Assembly (NCBI GenBank): GCA_020635715.1
Contig: JACJZG010000011.1
Location: forward strand, 78,587-142,586
DNA length: 64,000 nt
DNA from: Flavobacteriales bacterium
GTDB taxonomy: Bacteria; Bacteroidota; Bacteroidia; Flavobacteriales_F; PHOS-HE28
Direction: 5' to 3'
The notes beneath the pieces were generated by a model that was given only the letters and a program-made list of their open reading frames with translations, had not been told where the DNA came from and searched no databases. Numbering within the stretch: position 1 is the first letter of the stretch; the number at the start of each line of letters is the position of its first letter. Both the position numbers and the translations under genes were made by a program. Below, one piece after another: positions 45,601-55,692 of the stretch.

Positions 45601-47793
45601 CTACCGCGTGAACATCAGTTCGCGCATCTTGGGCAGGGGCCAGAGCTCGTCATCCACCAGAAGTTCAAGCTTGTCACTGTGGTAGCGGATCCGGTCCAGG
45701 AAGGGTTTGACCTCATCGCAGTAGGCAATGGCCTTCTTCCGGGTGTCCTCCACCGCATTCGCCTTCTTCCGGGCTTCGGTCATTTCCTCGACCAGGGACA
45801 CGATGAGGTTCACATGTTCGCTGATCTCCTCGATCAATTTCACCTGGGTGGCACCGGCCTTCTTCGCTTTTTCGGCACCGAGCACCTCGCGGAGGCCCCG
45901 GACGTTCTCCAGCAGCCGGTTCTGGTAGGCGATCGCTGTGGGGACGATGTGGTTCTGGGCCAGATCCCCGCAGACACGTCCTTCGATCTGGAGCTTGAGG
46001 ACATAGTTATGCAGCTCGATCTCGTGCCGGGCCTCAAGCTCCTTTCCAGTGAGCACGCCCATGCTGGAGAAGAGCTCCTTGATCTCCTTGCGCTCCCACA
46101 CATCGAGCGCGCGGGGCGTGTCCGCGATATTGCTCAGTCCGCGTTTGGCCGCCTCCTGTCTCCACGCCTCACCGTAACCATTGCCCTCGAAGCGGATGGC
46201 CTTGCTGCTGGCGATGAGGTCTCGGATCACCCGCAGAATGGCCTCATCCTTCTTGGTGCCCTTGTCGATCAGGGCATCGACCTGCTTCTTGAACGTGCGC
46301 AGCTGGGCGGCCACGATGGTGTTGAGCACGGTCATGGGACCGGCGCAGTTGGCGCTGCTGCCCACGGCACGGAACTCGAACTTGTTGCCGGTGAAGGCGA
46401 AGGGACTGGTGCGATTGCGGTCGGTGTTGTCGAGCATCACCGGCGGGATCCGGCCGATGTCGAGCTTCAGCTCGGTCTTGCGATCCGGGGTCATGGCACC
46501 CTTGATGTTCTTCTCCAGGCCATCGAGCAATTCGCTCAGGTACTCGCCGATGAAGGCGCTGATGATGGCCGGCGGCGCCTCGTTGGCTCCCAGGCGATGA
46601 TCGTTGCCCGCGCTGGCGATGCTCGCGCGCAGCACACCGGCATTGCGGTGGATCGCGGCGATCGTGTTCACGAAGAAGGTGAGGAAGAGCAGGTTCTCCT
46701 TCGGGGTCTTGGCGGGGCGCAGCAGGTTCTTGCCGGTGTTGGTGGCCAGGCTCCAATTGTTGTGCTTTCCACTGCCGTTCACGCCGGCGTAGGGCTTCTC
46801 GTGGAAGAGCACGCGGAAGTGGTGTTTCCGGGCCGTCTTCTCCATCACGTCCATCAGGAGCATGTTATGGTCCACCGCGAGGTTGAGCTCCTCGAAGACC
46901 GGGGCGCACTCGAACTGATTGGGAGCCACTTCGTTGTGGCGTGTCTTCACTGGAATGCCCAGCTTCAGCGCCTCGGTCTCGAAATCGCGCATGAAGGCAA
47001 CGGCCCGATCCGGAATGCTCCCGAAGTAGTGATCCTCCAATTGCTGGCCTTTCGCCGGCAGATGACCGAACATGGCACGCCCGGTCATCATGATGTCCGG
47101 GCGGGCATGGTACAGCGCTTCATCGATCAGGAAGTACTCCTGCTCCCAGCCCAGGGTACAGGTCACCTTGGTCACGTCCTTGTCGAAATACTGGCAAACG
47201 GCGGTGGCAGCTTCATCCACCGCCTTGATGGCGCGCAGTAGCGGCATCTTGTAATCGAGCGCCTCCCCCGTGTAGCTGATGAAGATGGTGGGAATGCAAA
47301 GCGTACGACCCATGATGAAAGCCGGGCTGCTGGGATCCCAGGCCGTGTAGCCGCGGGCCTCGAAGGTGTTGCGGATGCCCCCGTTCGGGAAACTGCTTGC
47401 ATCGGGCTCCTGCTGTACGAGCATGCTGCCATCGAAACGCTCGATGCTGCGCCCCCCGCCGATGGGCTCGAAGAAGGCATCGTGCTTCTCCGCACTGGTG
47501 CCTGTGAGGGGCTGGAACCAGTGGGTATAATGCGTGGCACCCTTGCTGGCGGCCCATTCCTTCATACCGCTGGCGACCTGGTCAGCCAGCTTGCGATCGA
47601 TCCTGGACCCCTGGTGGATGGCCTGCCGTACCGCGAACCAGGCATCCTCCGTCAGGAACATGCGCATGGCGTCCTCATTGAACACGTTGCTTCCGAAGTA
47701 CTCGGAGATCTTGGCCGAGGGTGTTTCGACCACCTTCGGAGCACGGTTCATCACACTTTCCAGCGCCTGTTGACGGAATCGGGGGGTGTTCAT
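45601..47793 (-). CDS. glnN: Glutamine synthetase type III
   Basis: ATG 47793, about 730 aa. KISEYFGSNVF, THWFQPLTG, NEVAPNQFE and NGSGKHNNWS blocks are typical of GSIII. Confidence 0.9.
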   Translation of the reverse strand: MNTPRFRQQALESVMNRAPKVVETPSAKISEYFGSNVFNEDAMRMFLTEDAWFAVRQAIHQGSRIDRKLADQVASGMKEWAASKGATHYTHWFQPLTGTSAEKHDAFFEPIGGGRSIERFDGSMLVQQEPDASSFPNGGIRNTFEARGYTAWDPSSPAFIMGRTLCIPTIFISYTGEALDYKMPLLRAIKAVDEAATAVCQYFDKDVTKVTCTLGWEQEYFLIDEALYHARPDIMMTGRAMFGHLPAKGQQLEDHYFGSIPDRAVAFMRDFETEALKLGIPVKTRHNEVAPNQFECAPVFEELNLAVDHNMLLMDVMEKTARKHHFRVLFHEKPYAGVNGSGKHNNWSLATNTGKNLLRPAKTPKENLLFLTFFVNTIAAIHRNAGVLRASIASAGNDHRLGANEAPPAIISAFIGEYLSELLDGLEKNIKGAMTPDRKTELKLDIGRIPPVMLDNTDRNRTSPFAFTGNKFEFRAVGSSANCAGPMTVLNTIVAAQLRTFKKQVDALIDKGTKKDEAILRVIRDLIASSKAIRFEGNGYGEAWRQEAAKRGLSNIADTPRALDVWERKEIKELFSSMGVLTGKELEARHEIELHNYVLKLQIEGRVCGDLAQNHIVPTAIAYQNRLLENVRGLREVLGAEKAKKAGATQVKLIEEISEHVNLIVSLVEEMTEARKKANAVEDTRKKAIAYCDEVKPFLDRIRYHSDKLELLVDDELWPLPKMRELMFTR

Positions 47794-47901
47794 TAGAATT
47801 TCAGCTTTTCGGCCACGAAGGTATGGTGATCCAATGGGGGTACGTTCCGATTTTTTGAACATTCTAGGGACCACCCCCCCTTTGACCAAGGTCCAAAAAG
47901 A

Positions 47902-47924
47902 AAAAGCACCACTTCGGTGCTTTT
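47902..47924 (-). terminator. Rho-independent terminator of tatA
   Basis: Minus strand aaaagcacc gaagt ggtgctttt followed by TCTTTTTGG. Confidence 0.6.
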
Positions 47925-47935
47925 CGCAAGGGCCA

Positions 47936-48262
47936 TCACGTACCCGGCTGCTGGTCGGATGGCGGTGGCTCGGGGTCGGGTCCTTCCCCCGGTGGAGGTG
48001 GAATGGTCGACTGCTTGGCCTGGGCAGCGGCCACTTCCTGCTGAAAGGCCCGCCGCTGCTCGTTCACGGTACGTGTGACCTCGTTGGCCCCCCGCTGTAT
48101 CTCGCGTTGCACCTCATTGCTCGCGTCCCGCACCTGACGCATGGTCCTGCCCAAGGTCCTGGCAAGGTCGGGGATGCCCTTGGAGCCGAAGAATAGCAGG
48201 GCGAAGAGCAGGATGACGATGAGTTCTCCCCCGCTGATATCGAAAAGCAATAACCGCCCCAT
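47936..48262 (-). CDS. tatA: Twin-arginine translocase TatA/TatB-family protein with a Pro-rich tail
   Basis: 108 aa. GGELIVILLFALLFFGSKGIPDLARTLGR is the TatA/E TM plus hinge pattern. Confidence 0.75.
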   Translation of the reverse strand: MGRLLLFDISGGELIVILLFALLFFGSKGIPDLARTLGRTMRQVRDASNEVQREIQRGANEVTRTVNEQRRAFQQEVAAAQAKQSTIPPPPGEGPDPEPPPSDQQPGT

Positions 48263-48278
48263 GGTCGGGTCAAAAATA

Positions 48279-48306
48279 GACCGGCCCGGAAGGATCCGGG
48301 CCGGTC
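48279..48306 (-). terminator. Rho-independent terminator of secDF
   Basis: Minus strand gaccggcccgg atcctt ccgggccggtc followed by TATTTTTG. Confidence 0.6.
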
Positions 48307-48324
48307 ACCAAGGAAATGCGACGA

Positions 48325-51300
48325 TCAGGCGGTGGCGTACTTGGCCTCCTTCACCTTCTTGCGCTCAAGGCGGGCCACCAGGTCCACGGCGATACCCGAA
48401 CCGATGAAGATGGATGAGTAGGTACCCACCAGCACACCGAAGAAGATGCCGAACACGAAGCCCTTGATGGCCACCCCGCCGAAGAGGTAGATGACCACGA
48501 GTACCAGCAGGGTGCAGAAGCCGGTGTTCACCGTACGACGCAGGGTGCTGTTGAGCGCCTTGTTGAAGACGGTGACCGTATCCTCGCGTTTGTGGTCGCG
48601 GAGGTATTCCCGGATCCGGTCGAACACCACCACGGTATCGTTGATGGAGTAGCCGATGACCGTAAGGATCACGCCGATGAAGGCTTCATCGATCTCCAAC
48701 GAGATCGGCAGGATGCCCCAGAGCAAGGCATACAGGCCAAGGACGATCACCACGTCGTGGAAGAGCGAGATCAAGGCGCTGAGGCCGTAGCTGAGGTTGT
48801 TGAACCGGATCCCGATGTAGATGAACATGAAGACGAGCGCGATCGAAACAGCGATCGCCGCGTTGCGCTTGATGTCATCGGAGATGGTGGCATCCACCTT
48901 CCGGGTCTCCTCGATGCGGTAGTCCACACCGGTGAGCGCCAAACCCTCGCGCAGTTTCGCCTCCACCTTGCCGTCCGTCGATGCATCGAGCTCATCGATC
49001 AGATAGTTCGTGGTGATCTTCAGCTGGTGCTGGCTGCCGTAAGTCTTCGCGGTCACCGTGTACTGGCGGCCGCTCGCATCGGTCATCAGGGGCTCCAAGG
49101 TCGCCTTGACCTGCTCGGAATCCATGTTATCCTTGAAGTCGACCACGTAGGTGCGACCGCCGGAGAAGTCGACACCCAAGTTGAAGCCGCGGGTCACCAT
49201 GGCACCGATGCTCATCGCCACCAGCACGAAGGAGATGGCGTAGTACATCTTGCGCTTGCCCATGAAGTCATAGTTCGCGTTGGCGAGCAGGTTCTCCGAC
49301 CACTTGTTCCAGAAGGTGATGGTCTTGCCTTTCTCCAGGCGCCACATCATGATGAGGCGCGCGATGAAGATGGCGGTGAAGAGGGAGGTGAGGATACCCA
49401 GACCAAGCGTGGTCGCGAAACCGCGGATGGGACCGGAACCGAAGTAGTAAAGGATGACCGCGGTGATGAAGGAGGTGATGTTGGAGTCAAGGATGGCGGA
49501 GAGCGCACCCTGGTTGCTGAACGCAGCCTCGAGTGCTGGACGCAATGCACGGCCAGCCTTCATCTCGTCCCGCACGCGTTCGTTGATCAGTACGTTGGCA
49601 TCCACCGCCATACCGATCGTGAGCACGATACCGGCGATGCCGCTCAGGGTCAAGGTGGCTTGCAGGGAAGCCATCGAGCCGAGCAGGAAGAACACGTTCG
49701 CCATAAGCGCCACATCAGCGATCCAACCGGCGCGGGCGTAGTACAGGCCCATCACCAGCAGCACGCCGATCAATGCGATCCCGAAGGAAACGAGTCCCTT
49801 GTTGATGTTCTCCTCACCGAGCGAGGGACCCACCACGGTTTCATCGATGATGCGCGCGGGGGCGGGTAGCGCACCGGCCTTCAAGATGTTCGCAAGGTCC
49901 TCCGCCTCCTGGATCTGCTTGTTGAGGTCACCGGAACCCATGGAGATGGACGACCGACCGCCGCTGATCTCTCCTTGAACGACCGGTCCGCTGTAGACAT
50001 AATCATCCAGCACGATGGCCACTACCCGACCGATGTTCTCACCGGTCATCAAGCGCCAAACTTGAGCTCCTTCGGCGTCCATCTGCATGTTCACCTCCAC
50101 GGCGCCCTTGTAGTCGAAGTCCTGGTTGGCCGTAACGATGGAACTACCATCCAGGCGGGGTTTGCCGCCACGAGGGACCTTCAGCGCGTAAAGGCTCAGT
50201 ACCTGGACCTTGCCCCCATCCTGGGTATCGTAACTGTCCGGTTTCGCCGTCCAGGCCAGTTTCACATCAGCCGGCAGCAGGGACTTCGCAGTGGCCGAAC
50301 GCAGGTATCCGTTCACAGCGCCCGTATCCGCCACCAAGGCCGTACCCACGATGGGGCCTTTCGCCTGGTTGGACGGTTGGAAGACCGCGAACAGCGGATT
50401 CTTGCGGCGCAGCTCAGCACGCTCCGCTTCGGTCATCTCTTGGTTGGCGGTATCGGCCAGCAGACTGTCCACCGCGGCGGTGGTATCGGCTGCGACAGCA
50501 GCATCAGCGAGCGCGGCCGTATCGGCGACGGTCGTGTCCGCCATGGCAGTCGTGCTGTCCACTGGCACCGCGATCTGGCCGAGGCGGGTGTTGATCCGCT
50601 CGAGCACCGGATAAACCACTTCGTTGTCCACCGTCTCCCAGAATTCCAGGTTGGCCGTGCTCTGCAGCACTTTCCGCACACGTTCCTTGTCCTTCACACC
50701 CGGCAGTTCGATCTGGATACGTCCGGAGAAGGCCTGCTTCTGGATCAAGGGCTGCGCCACACCGAACTTGTCGATACGGGTACGCATGATCCGCTCGGTG
50801 TTCTCCACAGCGGAATTGGCCTCCTTGCGCAGGGCGGCGATATAGTCCTCATCGGAACCATCACGGGCGAAGAGCTCGCTCCGGTCCGGTGTGTAGAAGA
50901 TGGCCGAAAGGGGGCCACGGCCCTCCACCTTCGCATACTCCTCACCGAAAAGGGTGATGAAGTCGGCATCGCTGCTCAACATCCGCTGCCGCGCAGCGTT
51001 CATGGCGGCTTGGAAGGAGGGGTCGGTGCTGTTGCCGCTGAGGTTCTCCACCAGCTCGGGCACGCTCACCTCCAGGGTCACGGCCATACCACCTTTGAGG
51101 TCAAGACCCATGTTCATCTCACGCTCCTTGCACTCGGCGTAACTGTACCCGAACACGGGATACACCTGCTCATCACCATGCGTACGCAGGTAACGGTTCT
51201 CGTAGATGATCTCGAGCGAATCACGATCCAGATCGGCCATGGCAGGCTCGGCTTGGATCAGGGAGTCAACGGAGTAGCCGGCTTCCACCCGCGCGCGCTT

Positions 51301-51396
51301 CTCCATCCGCGAGGTGAAGAAGGAGAATGACAATTGCCACAAACACGCCAGCGCCAGTAGGATGGTGAAGATCCAAAGCGCGCCCCGATTCTGCAT
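48325..51396 (-). CDS. secDF: Protein translocase SecDF fusion
   Basis: ATG 51396 gives MQNRGALWIFTILLALACLW. About 1023 aa with two 6-TM blocks, and LGLDLKGGM and TLSGIAGIVLTIGMAVDANVLI motifs. Confidence 0.92.
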   Translation of the reverse strand: MQNRGALWIFTILLALACLWQLSFSFFTSRMEKRARVEAGYSVDSLIQAEPAMADLDRDSLEIIYENRYLRTHGDEQVYPVFGYSYAECKEREMNMGLDLKGGMAVTLEVSVPELVENLSGNSTDPSFQAAMNAARQRMLSSDADFITLFGEEYAKVEGRGPLSAIFYTPDRSELFARDGSDEDYIAALRKEANSAVENTERIMRTRIDKFGVAQPLIQKQAFSGRIQIELPGVKDKERVRKVLQSTANLEFWETVDNEVVYPVLERINTRLGQIAVPVDSTTAMADTTVADTAALADAAVAADTTAAVDSLLADTANQEMTEAERAELRRKNPLFAVFQPSNQAKGPIVGTALVADTGAVNGYLRSATAKSLLPADVKLAWTAKPDSYDTQDGGKVQVLSLYALKVPRGGKPRLDGSSIVTANQDFDYKGAVEVNMQMDAEGAQVWRLMTGENIGRVVAIVLDDYVYSGPVVQGEISGGRSSISMGSGDLNKQIQEAEDLANILKAGALPAPARIIDETVVGPSLGEENINKGLVSFGIALIGVLLVMGLYYARAGWIADVALMANVFFLLGSMASLQATLTLSGIAGIVLTIGMAVDANVLINERVRDEMKAGRALRPALEAAFSNQGALSAILDSNITSFITAVILYYFGSGPIRGFATTLGLGILTSLFTAIFIARLIMMWRLEKGKTITFWNKWSENLLANANYDFMGKRKMYYAISFVLVAMSIGAMVTRGFNLGVDFSGGRTYVVDFKDNMDSEQVKATLEPLMTDASGRQYTVTAKTYGSQHQLKITTNYLIDELDASTDGKVEAKLREGLALTGVDYRIEETRKVDATISDDIKRNAAIAVSIALVFMFIYIGIRFNNLSYGLSALISLFHDVVIVLGLYALLWGILPISLEIDEAFIGVILTVIGYSINDTVVVFDRIREYLRDHKREDTVTVFNKALNSTLRRTVNTGFCTLLVLVVIYLFGGVAIKGFVFGIFFGVLVGTYSSIFIGSGIAVDLVARLERKKVKEAKYATA

Positions 51397-51569
51397 GACG
51401 GATGGTTTTTCTAAAGAGGCGGCAAATATAGCGTTGTTAGGGACTGGGGAAAGGGGGTGCCGATGGCCGGTACGGCGGGGGGCGGAATACCGTGGTTTTG
51501 AACAGATAGGCTTGCATGAACAGCACATCGTGCGCTGCCTTCTGGATCGGATCCACCCGACATTTGCAC

Positions 51570-53849
51570 ATGATCGCACCGCTCAGGCCGCTCCGTTGGC
51601 TTTCCTTCTGTGCCCCCATGATGGTCGGCACTGCCGTATCCGGGCAGATAGACCTGCACTTCGATGGCACGGTGCCCGTTGAACGTGGCGCCGTGGACCT
51701 GGACCTCGCCTGGGCAGGTGGCATGAACTCCCCTCAGATCGGTGAACTCGACCTGGACCAGGACGGCTTGCTGGACCTGGTCATCTTCGACCGTATCGGA
51801 GACCGGGTGATGACCCTCCGGAACACCGGTGGCACCGGCACCAACCGGTACCAGCTCACACGCGCCTACGAACACATCTGGCCGTTCCGGGCACTGCATG
51901 ACTGGGTCTTGTTCCGGGACTACGACTGCGATGGACTGTTGGACATCTTCTCGTATTCGCAGGCCGGCTTCTCGGTCTATCGGAACACCTCGGACAACGG
52001 CATGCTCTCGTTCGAGCTGCTCGTATTCCGGACGGAATGTGACTACGTCTTCACCGATGGCACCTTCCAGCGTTCCAACCTCTTTGTTTCGGCCGATGAC
52101 CTGCCCGGTATCGCTGATGTGGACGGCGACGGCGATCTGGACGTGCTAACCTTCAGCCAGCTCGGCACCTTCCTGGAGTATTACAAGAACCTGAGCATGG
52201 AGACCTACGGCACCTGCGACAGCCTGACCTTTGTGCGCAGGAACGCCTGCTGGGGTCGCTTCGCGGAGAATTCCTCGACCAATGCGGTGACGCTGAACGT
52301 CGACTGCCCATTCAATGTGCCGGCGCCCGAGATCGGGCCTGGACCGGGCGGGCATGAGATCGTAACTGATGCCGAAAGGGCCGAAACACACTCGGGCAGC
52401 ACCGTCACCCCGCTGGACCTGGATGGTAATGGCGTGATGGACCTGCTGCTGGGTGATATCGCCTACGCCAACATCGTAGCGCTGACCAATGGAGGCACGG
52501 TGGACAATTCGTTGATGACGGCCGAGGACACCCAGTTCCCCAGCACGGACGTGCCGGTCGACCTGCCCATATTCCCTGCCGGCTTCCATTTGGATGTGGA
52601 TGGGGATGGCCACCGTGACCTGCTTGTTTGTGCTTCAGCCAGAGGACTCGCCCAGAACATCGAGAGCGTGTGGTACTACCACAATGCGGGTACGGACCTG
52701 CAACCCGACTTCGAATACCAGCAACGCGACCTTTTCCAGAGCCGCATGCTCGACTTCGGCGAAGGCGCCAACCCTGTCCCCTTCGACCATAATGGGGATG
52801 GTCTGATGGACCTGATCGTCTCCAATGAAGGCTACTACCACCCTTCCGGCAATTACGTGGGCAAGTTGGCCCTGTTGGAGAACATCGGCTCGTCCACCTC
52901 GCCGGCGTTCCGCTTGGTGACCGACGACTACATGGACCTGAGCACGAGCGGTATCGGTACTTCGATGTACCCTGCCTTCGCTGATCTGGATGGCGATGGG
53001 GACAAGGACATGTATATCGGGGATCTGCAGGGTCGCCTGCACTTCTACCGCAACACCGCCACCGGACCGGTTGCCCAATTCACCTTGGTGCAGCCCAACG
53101 TGGCTTATTCGAACGGCACGGAGATCGATGTTGGTAGACAGGCGACCCCTCAGTTCATCGACCTGGACAGGGACGGCTTGAGCGACCTCGTGATCGGGGA
53201 GCAGAACGGCAACCTGAACTACCTGCGGAACACCGGAAGTGCCGCTGCGGCGAGCTGGACCTTGATCACCGACTCACTGGGCCGTGTGCGCACCGTGACC
53301 CCATACACCCTGGGGCATTCCGTGCCCTTCGTATTCACCAATGCCGATGGGGCCTACGAGATCCTGGTGGGGTCCGAGTCCGGAACGCTCTGGCATTACA
53401 CCGGCATCGACGGGAACCTGGGCGGCACCTGGACCTTGCAGGACAGCAGCTTCCTGGACATCGATGAAGGCTTCCGGTCCACCGTATGCCTGTTCGATTA
53501 CACCGGCGATGGGGAGCTGGACCTGGTGGTGGGCAATTTCGATGGTGGGCTGGGCTTCTGGCGCAGCGATGCGGAGGTCGGGATCGGGATCGGGACCGGG
53601 CCTGGGCCGGTGACGATGAACATCCGGCCCAACCCAAGCACGGGTCTGGTGGAGATCATGCTGCCGGGAACGATGAGCAAGGGCAGCGCCGATCTGATCG
53701 TGCACAGTGCACTTGGTCAGGAAATCACGCGAACGCGCGTTCTCCCAGGCCTAAATTCGATGGACCTCGGGCGGTTCGGCCCGGGGGTGTACACCCTGCA
53801 GGTGACGGGGTTCGATGGCCTGGCACCCACCCGGGTGGTGATCCGGTAG
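51570..53849 (+). CDS. FG-GAP/VCBS-repeat protein with a T9SS type A sorting domain
   Basis: ATG 51570 gives a signal peptide. Repeated D-x-D-x-D-G-x-x-D units (DLDQDGLLDLV, DVDGDGDLDV, DLDGNGVMDLL, DVDGDGHRDLL, DLDGDGDKDMY, DLDRDGLSDLV). C-terminus NIRPNPSTGLVEI...GVYTLQVTG...VVIR. Confidence 0.75.
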   Translation: MIAPLRPLRWLSFCAPMMVGTAVSGQIDLHFDGTVPVERGAVDLDLAWAGGMNSPQIGELDLDQDGLLDLVIFDRIGDRVMTLRNTGGTGTNRYQLTRAYEHIWPFRALHDWVLFRDYDCDGLLDIFSYSQAGFSVYRNTSDNGMLSFELLVFRTECDYVFTDGTFQRSNLFVSADDLPGIADVDGDGDLDVLTFSQLGTFLEYYKNLSMETYGTCDSLTFVRRNACWGRFAENSSTNAVTLNVDCPFNVPAPEIGPGPGGHEIVTDAERAETHSGSTVTPLDLDGNGVMDLLLGDIAYANIVALTNGGTVDNSLMTAEDTQFPSTDVPVDLPIFPAGFHLDVDGDGHRDLLVCASARGLAQNIESVWYYHNAGTDLQPDFEYQQRDLFQSRMLDFGEGANPVPFDHNGDGLMDLIVSNEGYYHPSGNYVGKLALLENIGSSTSPAFRLVTDDYMDLSTSGIGTSMYPAFADLDGDGDKDMYIGDLQGRLHFYRNTATGPVAQFTLVQPNVAYSNGTEIDVGRQATPQFIDLDRDGLSDLVIGEQNGNLNYLRNTGSAAAASWTLITDSLGRVRTVTPYTLGHSVPFVFTNADGAYEILVGSESGTLWHYTGIDGNLGGTWTLQDSSFLDIDEGFRSTVCLFDYTGDGELDLVVGNFDGGLGFWRSDAEVGIGIGTGPGPVTMNIRPNPSTGLVEIMLPGTMSKGSADLIVHSALGQEITRTRVLPGLNSMDLGRFGPGVYTLQVTGFDGLAPTRVVIR

Positions 53850-53850
53850 G

Positions 53851-53899
53851 CCGGATAACGAAGAACGGCGCCTACTGGGCGCCGTTCTTCGTTATCCGG
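53851..53899. terminator. Bidirectional terminator hairpin with a 22-bp perfect stem
   Basis: ccggataacgaagaacggcgcc tactg ggcgccgttcttcgttatccgg. It starts 2 nt after the + gene stop and ends 9 nt before the mdh stop. Confidence 0.6.
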
Positions 53900-53907
53900 G
53901 TCGGCGA

Positions 53908-54846
53908 TCAAGCCGTCACTTGCATCTTGTCAAGCACGTCCATCACCTCCTTCACGGCCTTGGCGCTGGAGTCGCAGAGGGCTTGTTCGTCATTGGTCAA
54001 CTTCAGTTCGATGATCCGTTCGATGCCATTGCGGCCGAGGATCACCGGAACGCCCATGTATACGTCCTTCAGGCCATACTCCCCTTGGAGCCAGGCGCAT
54101 ACGGGGAACACCCGTTTCTGGTCACGGACGATGGCCTCCACCATCTGGGCGGCGGCGGTTCCCGGCGCATACCAAGCGCTGGTACCCAGCAGATTGACGA
54201 TCTCACCACCGCCTTTCTTCGTGCGTTCCACGATGGCATCGAGCTTTTCAGGGGCGATCAGTTCGGTCACCGGGATCCCCCCCACGGTGGTATAACGGGG
54301 CAAGGGCACCATGGTATCGCCATGACCGCCCATGAGCACCGCTTGGATGTCCTTCGGGCTCACGTTCAGTTCGGTGGCCAGGAATGCCCGATAACGGGCC
54401 GTGTCCAGGATACCTGCCATCCCGAACACCCGGTTCGCGGGGAACTTGCTGGTGACGAAGGCACAATAGGTCATCACATCAAGCGGGTTGCTCACCACCA
54501 CGATGATCGTGTTCGGTGAATGCTTGATGATGTTCTCTGTGACGCTCTTGACGATGGCCGCGTTGGTGGCGATCAGGTCGTCGCGGCTCATCCCCGGTTT
54601 GCGCGGCAGGCCGCTGGTGATGACCACCACGTCGCTGTTCGCGGTCTTTGCGTAGTCGTTCGTACTGCCCACCAATCGGGAATCGAACAAACTGATCGGG
54701 GCGGTCTGCCAGATGTCCAGGGCCTTGCCTTCGGCAACGCCTTCCTTGATGTCCAGCAGCACCACTTCATTCGCCAGTTCCCAACGGGCAACGGCATCGG
54801 CACAGGTGGCACCCACGTTCCCGGCGCCCACAACGGTGACTTTCAT
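53908..54846 (-). CDS. mdh: Malate dehydrogenase (LDH-like)
   Basis: ATG 54846 gives MKVTVVGAGNVGATCA, 312 aa. ITSGLPRKPGMSRDDL and MGGHGDTMVP blocks. Confidence 0.93.
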   Translation of the reverse strand: MKVTVVGAGNVGATCADAVARWELANEVVLLDIKEGVAEGKALDIWQTAPISLFDSRLVGSTNDYAKTANSDVVVITSGLPRKPGMSRDDLIATNAAIVKSVTENIIKHSPNTIIVVVSNPLDVMTYCAFVTSKFPANRVFGMAGILDTARYRAFLATELNVSPKDIQAVLMGGHGDTMVPLPRYTTVGGIPVTELIAPEKLDAIVERTKKGGGEIVNLLGTSAWYAPGTAAAQMVEAIVRDQKRVFPVCAWLQGEYGLKDVYMGVPVILGRNGIERIIELKLTNDEQALCDSSAKAVKEVMDVLDKMQVTA

Positions 54847-55005
54847 CTTCAGAGCTTGGTTATTGCGCGTGAACCGGGGACTTTCCCGGCGCGGGGCGAA
54901 AGTACGATGCACCTCCCACCCGGTCGTGATCCCCGTCAGGTTTCCAAGGAAGTCGTCCACGGCTCAGGCATCCTTTTTCAACCGTCGGCGTCTTCTAGGT
55001 CAAGA

Positions 55006-55680
55006 ATGGCTACCTTGACCGCTGTCATGCTCCAGCGACCCGCCGCTTCAACGTCCTCTGAGCGCAGTAATCTGCGGTTGGTGCAGGACCAGGTGGGCAC
55101 AGAAGCCCAGGAGGCCGCCTATGGCGCCTTGATCGATGGCTGCTTAAAGGAGGAGCGTCGTGCGCAACAGCGGGTCTACGAGCTGTTCTATGGGAAGATG
55201 ATGGCCGTTTGCCTGCGGTATACCAAGAACGCGGATCAAGCGAAGGACATCCTTCAGGACGGCTTCATCAAGGTGTTCAAGAGCGTGAACAAGTTCAACC
55301 GGGCCGGATCCTTCGAGGGTTGGATCAGAAGGATCATGGTGAACACCGCGATCGACCATTTCCGCCGGACCAAGAATTCCTACCTGTTGTTGGGTGAGGA
55401 ACGCAGCATCGAGGACTTCGGCGACCAGGACGAGGAGGACATCCTGGCCGAGGAGAACGGGGAGGATTACCTGGATCTGAAGCCAGCGGACATCATCAAT
55501 GCCATGCAGAAGCTGACCCCGGCGTACCGGACGGTCTTCAACTTGTATGTGTTCGAGGAACTGACGCACAAGGAGATAGCTGACATGCTCGGCATCAACA
55601 TCGGCACCTCGAAGAGCAATCTGGCCAAGGCCAAGCACAACCTGAAGAAATTCCTATCGAAGGAGCATAAGCTCCACTAA
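55006..55680 (+). CDS. ECF-type sigma-70 family RNA polymerase sigma factor
   Basis: Region 2 (DILQDGFIKVFKSVNKFNRAGSFEGWIRRIMVNTAIDHFRR) and region 4 (LTPAYRTVFNLYVFEELTHKEIADMLGINIGTSKSNLAKAKHNLKK). ATG 55006, or ATG 55027 as an alternative. Confidence 0.85.
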   Translation: MATLTAVMLQRPAASTSSERSNLRLVQDQVGTEAQEAAYGALIDGCLKEERRAQQRVYELFYGKMMAVCLRYTKNADQAKDILQDGFIKVFKSVNKFNRAGSFEGWIRRIMVNTAIDHFRRTKNSYLLLGEERSIEDFGDQDEEDILAEENGEDYLDLKPADIINAMQKLTPAYRTVFNLYVFEELTHKEIADMLGINIGTSKSNLAKAKHNLKKFLSKEHKLH

Positions 55681-55692
55681 CGGAGAAGGATC

